Shown one piece after another: positions 56,310 through 64,000 of a stretch of DNA of 64,000 bases. The translations under genes and the position numbers were made by a program. The notes beneath the pieces are model-generated. The model made no database searches. It was not told the DNA's origin and saw nothing but the letters and a program-made list of their open reading frames with translations. Origin of the DNA: Octopus vulgaris. Taxonomy: Eukaryota. The DNA is taken from the NCBI GenBank assembly GCA_951406725.2, contig OX597817.1, forward strand, positions 76,384,001 to 76,448,000. Reading direction: 5' to 3'. Each line of letters opens with the position of its first letter. Position 1 is the first letter of the stretch.

Positions 56310-57475
56310 CAGCGGAAAATGACCAAAATGGGAAACAGGAAGGAAATGAGGAATCAGATGAAGAGAGTAGCCCGGCACGACTCTTAATTTAAAGACTGTC
56401 ATCTGATCAAATCACGCAAGGCTCTCAATAGAAAAAAAACAGTTGTTGAAGACCACACATTTGCTAACGAACACAGAGAATTTATGATGGAAATAAAGTA
56501 GAAAATCCAGGATAAGCTTAAAGTTGTAAGACATGCAAGTATGACTGGCAGAGAACCATTCCATAAACTCTCAAATACAAACCAAAATAAAATACGAATT
56601 AAAATTGGCAACTATGTAGCAAAAGAAATCATACAAGAATTTAAATCTGATCTTACTGAATTTAATGAAATTATTTACGCATCTGTTGAGTAATTGAAAC
56701 CAGTTGTATGTCTCTGGAAAAGAAAAAAACTAAAAAAAAAAAAAACCAAACCTGGGAAGACATCCAAACTAAAGAAATAAAATTGGAAGAGTTTGAATTA
56801 ATGAGGGGAGAAATATCAATATTAAATTAACAAATTTGTGGAAATGGTGTAAGATCCAAAAACGGAAGAAAGATTAAGAGAAAATATGGACTCTCACCAA
56901 GAGAAGAACGGATTTAAAAAAAAACAAATAAACAAACAAAACAAACAAACAAAAAACAATGAGCCAAAATGAACAAACAAACGCTAAAACAAAGATTGGA
57001 GATGTGGGAAATTTTTACAAGCAAAATAAGCTATTCACATCAAATGCCAAATCATTCTACAGAGATTTTGGGAATGAGAGAATAACAGTTGAAGATCCCA
57101 CTCCCATGGAAGCAGTTGTAAGTTCTGGAAAAAGATTTGCATTGATGAGAAGACATACGAGGAAAATGCAGATTGGATTAAATGCACAGAAAGATCCTAG
57201 CAAAATTTACAAGAACAAGCATGGGAAGTCATCACAATGACAAACCTAAGCATGACACTCCCGAAGGCTCACAACTGGAAATCTTCTGGTAAAGGTAGGA
57301 TGCTAAATTTCTGGCTCGTATCGCTCCCGTGCGCACGCTAAAAAGTTAGTACAGCTGTCCGATGAAATTATGAGAGATTCTAAGAAAACACCTGACTAGT
57401 TAGCAAGCCGTATTACTTACCTACACCCCAAGAATAATAAAACCAAAGTTCCAAAAACTTATCGGTCCATTAACC
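56310..57475 (+). mobile_element. Decayed R4/Dong-like LINE, region before and at the start of RT
   Basis: FYKQNKLFTSNAKSFYRDFG, NWKSSG...NFW and YRSIT (typical NYRPIT), with many lesions. Confidence 0.7.
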
Positions 57476-58176
57476 CGGACGGTCTTTGATCAATTTGCCT
57501 AAAATACGAATGTTGAGAAGCAAGTATGGGTAAGGCGGCGAGCTGACAGAATTATTTGTGTGCCGAGCTAAATGCTTACCTGCATTTCGGTCGTCTTATG
57601 GAGGCCCGTGGCTTAGTGGTTAGGGTGATGGACACATGATCATACGCTTGTGGTTTCGACCAGGTGACGCCTTGTGTCCTTGAGCAAAACACTTCATTTC
57701 ACGTTGCTCCAGTCCACTTAGCTGGCAAAAATGAATAATCCGGCGATGGACAGGCGTCCTATCCAGGTGGAGAACATAAACGCCATGAAACCGGGAAACC
57801 GGCCCTTACGTGTCGGTATGACTCGAGAAGGTAACTTTTACCTTTTTACTTTGAAGTAAATTAATCAATGACTGTACAGATGTTGATGAGAAAACAGTCA
57901 CAAGGGGGCGTATGTTACTTTTTTCGTAGTTTACTACACAAACAGTTATTCTTATTTATGCATTATTTCACTACATGGTTTATCTCTTGCTTGACGAATT
58001 TTCAGTCTTTTACAGAATACCTTCGAAAATGTGTAGCAATGAGTTGTGTTCTGAGTCAATCGAAGATTATATCTTGTTGAATCGTTAGGTAAGTAAATTT
58101 GGTTAACACTAGAGAGGCTTTACAGCCGTTAAACATAGATGTTTCTGAAGTGTGCTGGAAGAGAAAACTCTGGCTA

Positions 58177-58642
58177 ATATTATACCCGTTTTTGAGAAGG
58201 CGAGCTGGCAGAACCGTGAAATGCTTAGCAGTATTTCGTCCATCCTCACGTTCTGAGTTCAAATTCCACTGAGTCCGACTTTACCTGTCATCCTTTCGAG
58301 GTCGATAAAATAAGTACCAGTTGAGCGCTAGGGTCGTTGTAATCAACTAGCCCCCTTTCCCTAAAATTGTTGGCTTTGTGCAAAAATTTGAAACTAATAT
58401 TATACCCGCTTTGTAAAATGGTGAGCTAGCAGAATTGTTGCCGCGCCGGAAAAAGTGTTTAGCGGTATTTCTTCTGACTTTAAGTACTGAGATCAAATCC
58501 CGCCGGGATCGATTTTGCCTCTCATTCTTTCGGAGTCGATAAAATAATCTCCAGTTTAAAACTGTTGTCGATGTAATCGATTTACCACCTCCCCCAAAAT
58601 TGTTGGCCTTGCGCTAAAATTTGAGACCAGTGTTACACCCGA
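58177..58642 (+). repeat. Tandem pair of family B SINE units
   Basis: Two ~220-230-bp units delimited by aatattatacccg-like spacers. Confidence 0.8.
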
Positions 58643-59849
58643 TTTCAAGCTGTGTATAATCAACAGTAACTACTAGTTGTGCAACTGTTCTACACATCGA
58701 ATGCTAACTCTGCTTCTTCCATAATTCAGGAAGTAATCTGTGTTGATACGATCACTGTGTTGCCACAGAATGATTTAATGATTAAAACATTTTGTTTAGC
58801 AATATCACTGCAGATAAAATTATCAATACTTTCACTGTAGCAATTATCCTCTCAAATAAAATTATCAATACTTCCTGTATCAAAGCTTGCATTAAATTTT
58901 TGTTAATTACAACATTAATTAATGAATACACGAGACAAAGAACTTTCCATTAAAGAAGAAAACCGTAATAAATTTTGAAGAAATTGCTGAGTTAGAAATT
59001 GGTTGCTGTCCCTGATTTGTACAGCCGAGGAAAGCATTTTTACTTTTTTTTGTGACATTTTTGACAAATGGCATCGTTTTAAGACAAACTCGATGATCAT
59101 GTCTATACTGTACCTCCAGCCCCAATTATTTCTGAGAAGAACTTGCTGCTGGGAAATCGTTTTCGGTATCGTCTTTTATAACAGCAGAATTTATATTGAT
59201 ACCATGATTAAAACAACAATACTCGTTTCAATTATCACTTACGCATTGGTTTGTGAGACAGTTGTTTCTAAGACCAGTCTTTTGTTTTGGATTAGTCTGA
59301 GACTTATAAATAACAACATAAGTTGATAAACGAAATGTCGTTGAGCTCGAAGAATCGTTAGAGTGTCTGCAAAACCTTGTGGAATTTCGTCCGTCCCTGT
59401 ATTTTGAATTTCAGTTCTGCTGAGATCAGCTTTGCCTTTTATCTCCTTAGTGTCAATGTAGTAAAGTACCTACCAAGAACTAAGAGTAACGGGCTTGGCT
59501 TAGCCCTCCACTCAAAATCAATAACGTTATTCCTAAATTAGTAACCATTATTTACTTTTTTTTTAGAATTTAAAGCATCCAAATTGGAATTTCTCTTTTT
59601 CGTTTATTATTTAGACGATAGTTTTGAAGACGCATTCTTCAGCCAGGAGTTTTAGCACTTGGAGAAATCAATAAAGGAATTTTGTTGCCTGTGACATAGG
59701 AGTACAAATTGATGTTTCACATAAATTTCATTCAATGGTTTAGCGTAAATATGTTTGTAGTCAACGCCATAAATGCAAAAACTTCAGAAAATGCGAAATC
59801 TATGTTTGCTGCCTGTGGAGATATGAAATTCTGGCAAGAAAAACTTCAG

Positions 59850-59957
<108 letters not shown>

Positions 59958-60025
59958 GCCTGCCTGTCTGTCTCTGCCTATCGACCTACCTACGTTCCTA
60001 CCCGTGTATGTATGTATGTATGAAC

Positions 60026-60113
<88 letters not shown>

Positions 60114-60629
60114 TTATCTGTCTGTCTGTCTTTATGTATGTCCAATGTTTGAAATCAAAATAGGAGGTTCCAATAGAAAAAGAAGTCTGTGGAATGGTTT
60201 GGAAGGTAGAACTTATGTCCGTGCTCCATTCATTGAATAAATAGTCATACGAAGTACCGATGAGAAATCCGCATATCGAATATTTTATTCCATAATCAAT
60301 TGTAGTATAGGAGAGAACAAACCCATTACATGACACGTTTATTAATACAATATCCGGTTTAATTAAGAGTTAGGTGTCTCCTATCATAAGCTGTATCATA
60401 AGGACGGCAGAATCGCAGTAATATTAGATCATTGCAGTGTACGCTGCACCAAAGATATTGGGAGCCATGGTACCAACATCCAAGTCTCAAATTATGCTAA
60501 CATTATTTTCAGTATTTCGACACAATTTTCAACCTCAGACAACAAACTCCATTCACAAAGAGTTTATTGTTTGAATAAATTGCTAAAGTCGAACTTCAAC
60601 AAAACACGAAATAAACAAGAATAATGTTA

Positions 60630-61865
60630 ATAATAATGGTTACGGATTTAAGCACAATGCTAGCAAATTTGAAAGGAGACCGTCGACCCCAGTACATGAT
60701 TCATATTTAATTTCATCGATTCCTAATGGATGAAAAGTAAAATTGATCTTGGTGGGATTTTAAAACAGAATGTAAACTCAAGGAAGAATCGCCAAATGAC
60801 ATTTTCCCGGCAGTTATGCCCTGGCATTAATTATATTTCATCAACTTCTAAGGCGAAGTTGACCTCTGAGAGAAAAGAGTCGGAATAAATACCACAAGAC
60901 ATTTTTCCAATTCTTTAACGATTACGCCAGCCTAATGCTTTTAATGATAGTCTCTGGTTTAGGCACAAGGTCACTAAATTTGAAAGGAGGGTGTTAGTTA
61001 ATACCTTCAAACTCCAGTACCTGAGAAGCACATTGATTTATAGACTCCGGAAAGATGAAAGGCTGGGCCAACCTGACCAGGGTTCGAACAGAAAACGTAA
61101 CGGGTTGGAATAAATACCGTTAAACATTTTCCGATACTCTAATATTTCTAGCAATAGTAATGATTCTTTCTCATAAGAACAAGGCCTAAATTTTGTGTGT
61201 GCTAGTTGATTAAATCGACTCCAGTGCTCAACTGGTACTCATTTTATCGTCTCCGAAAGGACGGAAGACGTCGACATTGGAATTTGAACTCAGAAGGTAG
61301 AGATGGACGAAATGAAGCTGAGTATTTTGCCAGGCATGCAAACGATTCAGTCACCTCGCGGCCATCACCGACTCATCGAATAGTAATAATAATTCTTTAT
61401 CGTACAGGCAAAATTTTAGGGGGAGAGGGATAGTCGATTGCATCGTTTCTAGTGTTCGACAAGTACTTATGTCATCGACCCTGAAAAGATGGAAGACAAA
61501 GTCAACATCGGTGAAATTCAAAACGTAAAGGCGAACGAAATGCCGCTAAGCATTTCTCGTGGCGTGCTAAAGATTCTGCCAGCTCGCAGCCTTGATAATA
61601 ATAATAATAATAACAATAATAATAATAATGATAATAATAATAATAATAATATTATCTCCATAATAATAATAATAATAATAATTTCAACTCTTGGCACAAG
61701 GCTTGAAATTGTGGCGAGGAGGAGTTAGTCGATTACATCGACTCCAGGGTGAAACTGGTACTTATTTTATCAAACCTGAAAGGATGAAAGGTAGAGTAGA
61801 GACGGATGAAATGCCACCAAGCATTTTGACTGGCGTACTAACTATTCTGGCAGCTCACCGCCTTA
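60630..61865 (-). repeat. Head-to-tail array of degenerate family B SINEs
   Basis: About six reverse-strand copies separated by short AAT-rich spacers. Confidence 0.7.
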
Positions 61866-61896
61866 ATGATGATGATGATGGTAATGATGATGGTGG

Positions 61897-61963
<67 letters not shown>

Positions 61964-62386
61964 AAATAGTTCTTAATTTATGATGTTGTTTGACTGAGTT
62001 CAATTCTGATCAAGTATTAGGTATAAGAAAATTTGGTTGTTATTTCTAGTTGAACGGACGACCACATAGATTTCTCCAATTGGATCGTGTAATGTGGTAT
62101 GGTGATACTAAGAGACACTATGCGGTAGACGTCAAACGATATGTTTCAAAATAGCGTCTTTGAGGTTCTTTGTTCAAATATTTTACTATCAGACTTAATT
62201 TTTCTCTCCCCATCTCGAGTGATAATTAACTGAAATTAATTAACACCCACGTGGTTAATTATTTCAGAGCAAACAACGAAACATTAATAAAGTTGCAATA
62301 AATGAATATATGAATACACATACTCAAACGTATATACATACATATATACATACATACATATATACATGTGTATATATTTATATATA

Positions 62387-62432
<46 letters not shown>

Positions 62433-63307
62433 TGTTTATTTGATGTGAAGTTATACATGAAAACCAGTCAACATTGAAGTGAAAGATTACTCAATACTTT
62501 TTCGTTGAGTACATATTTATTAAACTTTACAAAGAAAATACTGACAGTAACTTCGAAGCTTTTGCTTGCTTGCCTTCATCAGACTGTACTTTACCGGAGT
62601 TGTGTCTGGCCTCATATGATCTTGGTCAAGTTGTTTTATTTTTCGTAGCATGTAGCGATGTGTATGATAATTCAGTATATGATATCGGTGAACCAGGGTG
62701 TGGTTACGTAGGAAGTGGAGACAGAGGAGTAGGGGAGAAAATTATTTATCTGTAAGGTGTGAGTTTATAGACAGTTATGGTGAGCAGATTTATTTTGGTT
62801 TGGTATGAGAATTTTTTCATGATTTACGATTCAGTCAGTTCTGGACGTAAAGGTATAAAGGTGTTAATAGGAATTGTCAACTTAAAGCCTTGACATATTT
62901 TTGGAGAAAGTTGGTTTCTCTCGTATTATACTGTCCACAAAAAATGCTTAGAGATACACCAGTTGGTCACACAGCATAGGCTGACTGAGATTTAGTTAGT
63001 GTTCGTGGTATATGATTTCCATAAAGAAATTTTAAACTGAATGTCTTGGTAGGATCAGGAGACTATCTTCGTATGAATATTTATTCGGATTTTCTTGTCT
63101 GTTTCTAGCTTGGTTACTTGTATTCATATAAGTGTAGATAAATGTAGGCAGATGAATGTCTGACATAGTCTCTAAGTCTATATGAATGCAAAAGGATGAT
63201 AAATTTTTCATAGGTCTATTTATGTGTGTGTGTAAGCAATACATAAATGCAACAATATATATGCATTACCACACACATATACATCTGCATATGTATATAT
63301 ATGTATA

Positions 63308-64000
63308 CGAGAGGGTACCCAAAAGTAACCGGAAACGTCCTCTGCGGGCCAAGCCCGTTGTAGTTTGGGCTACCGCTACTAGAAGCCACTTGATGCAGCC
63401 CTCAGGCATCTGCCTGCCGACCAGTGTCGTCCTCTGAGGTCGTACTGCCACGTGGTGCGTCTTTGTTTTGCAGTACTTTTCCCCTGTTTGCCGATTTTTG
63501 AAACGTTTGAATAGCATAGATCTGTGAAAACGGCGGCCATAACAGTTGTTTTTCTTCAAACAGCTTACAAGGGTGCTGCCATGAGTAAAACACAAGTTTA
63601 CGAGTGGTTTTCATGCTTTATGAATTGTGATTAGTCGTTTGAAGACCAATCTCGTTCAGGACGACCGTCGAGCTCCAAAATGAATGAAAACATCATGAAA
63701 GTTCATGAACTGATATTGAAAGACCGTCACTGAACAATTGACGAACTTATTGATATGACTGGAGCGTCCTGGAGCTCCTGCCAACGAATTTTGAGCGAGT
63801 AATTACGAATGAAAAGAGTTGCAGCGTTAGAAGGCATCACTTCGCAAGAGTTCCTGCACTGATTCGGACTGTGGAAAACGCGTCTGGACCAATGCATTGC
63901 TTGAAATGGAGAACACTTTGAAGGAGAGAAAAGTGTAAACATGTAAAACTAAATGAATAAAATAACTTGCAAAATTCCGGTTTCTTTTGGGTACCTCCTC
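63308..64000 (+). mobile_element. Internally deleted mariner element
   Basis: TA|cgagagggtacccaaaagtaaccggaa and ttccggtttcttttgggtacctcctc at the window end. Fragments VYEWF...SGRPSS..EDR and QCIA.NGEHFEG. Confidence 0.9.

Noticed and set aside
57990-58095. Candidate plus-strand exon ending in ag|gtaagt
   Set aside because: Stops in all three frames and no linked exons.
58640-59330. ORF 59003-59326 or a possible pogo-like remnant
   Set aside because: No convincing motif.

Overview
AT-rich eukaryotic DNA, dense in microsatellites and SINEs. The SINE families and repeat landscape point to an Octopus (coleoid cephalopod) genome (inference). The only host gene I can support is the 5' part of a secreted trypsin-like (peptidase S1) gene on the minus strand: a signal-peptide exon at 7625-7559 and a His57 exon at 2632-2476, with the remaining exons presumably left of the window. 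It lacks the IVGG activation motif. Most of the rest is repeat-derived: three tRNA-type SINE families, a ~560-bp (AAT)n-embedded element, R4/Dong, Tx1, CR1 and RTE LINE fragments, a near-intact mariner plus derivatives, non-autonomous Helitrons and a decayed DNA transposase. Two patterns stand out. (1) Hammerhead-ribozyme-like cores (CTGAnGA...GAAAC...GTH) recur about a dozen times, often inside small modules bounded by inverted or direct repeats (Penelope/retrozyme-like), and several have very large stem II inserts. (2) At 2364-5810, sequence blocks recur in scrambled order at a near-constant ~0.9-kb offset, which is either a consensus artefact or a template-switching rearrangement. Nearly all listed ORFs are microsatellite translations. 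Everything was read by eye and repeat boundaries are approximate.
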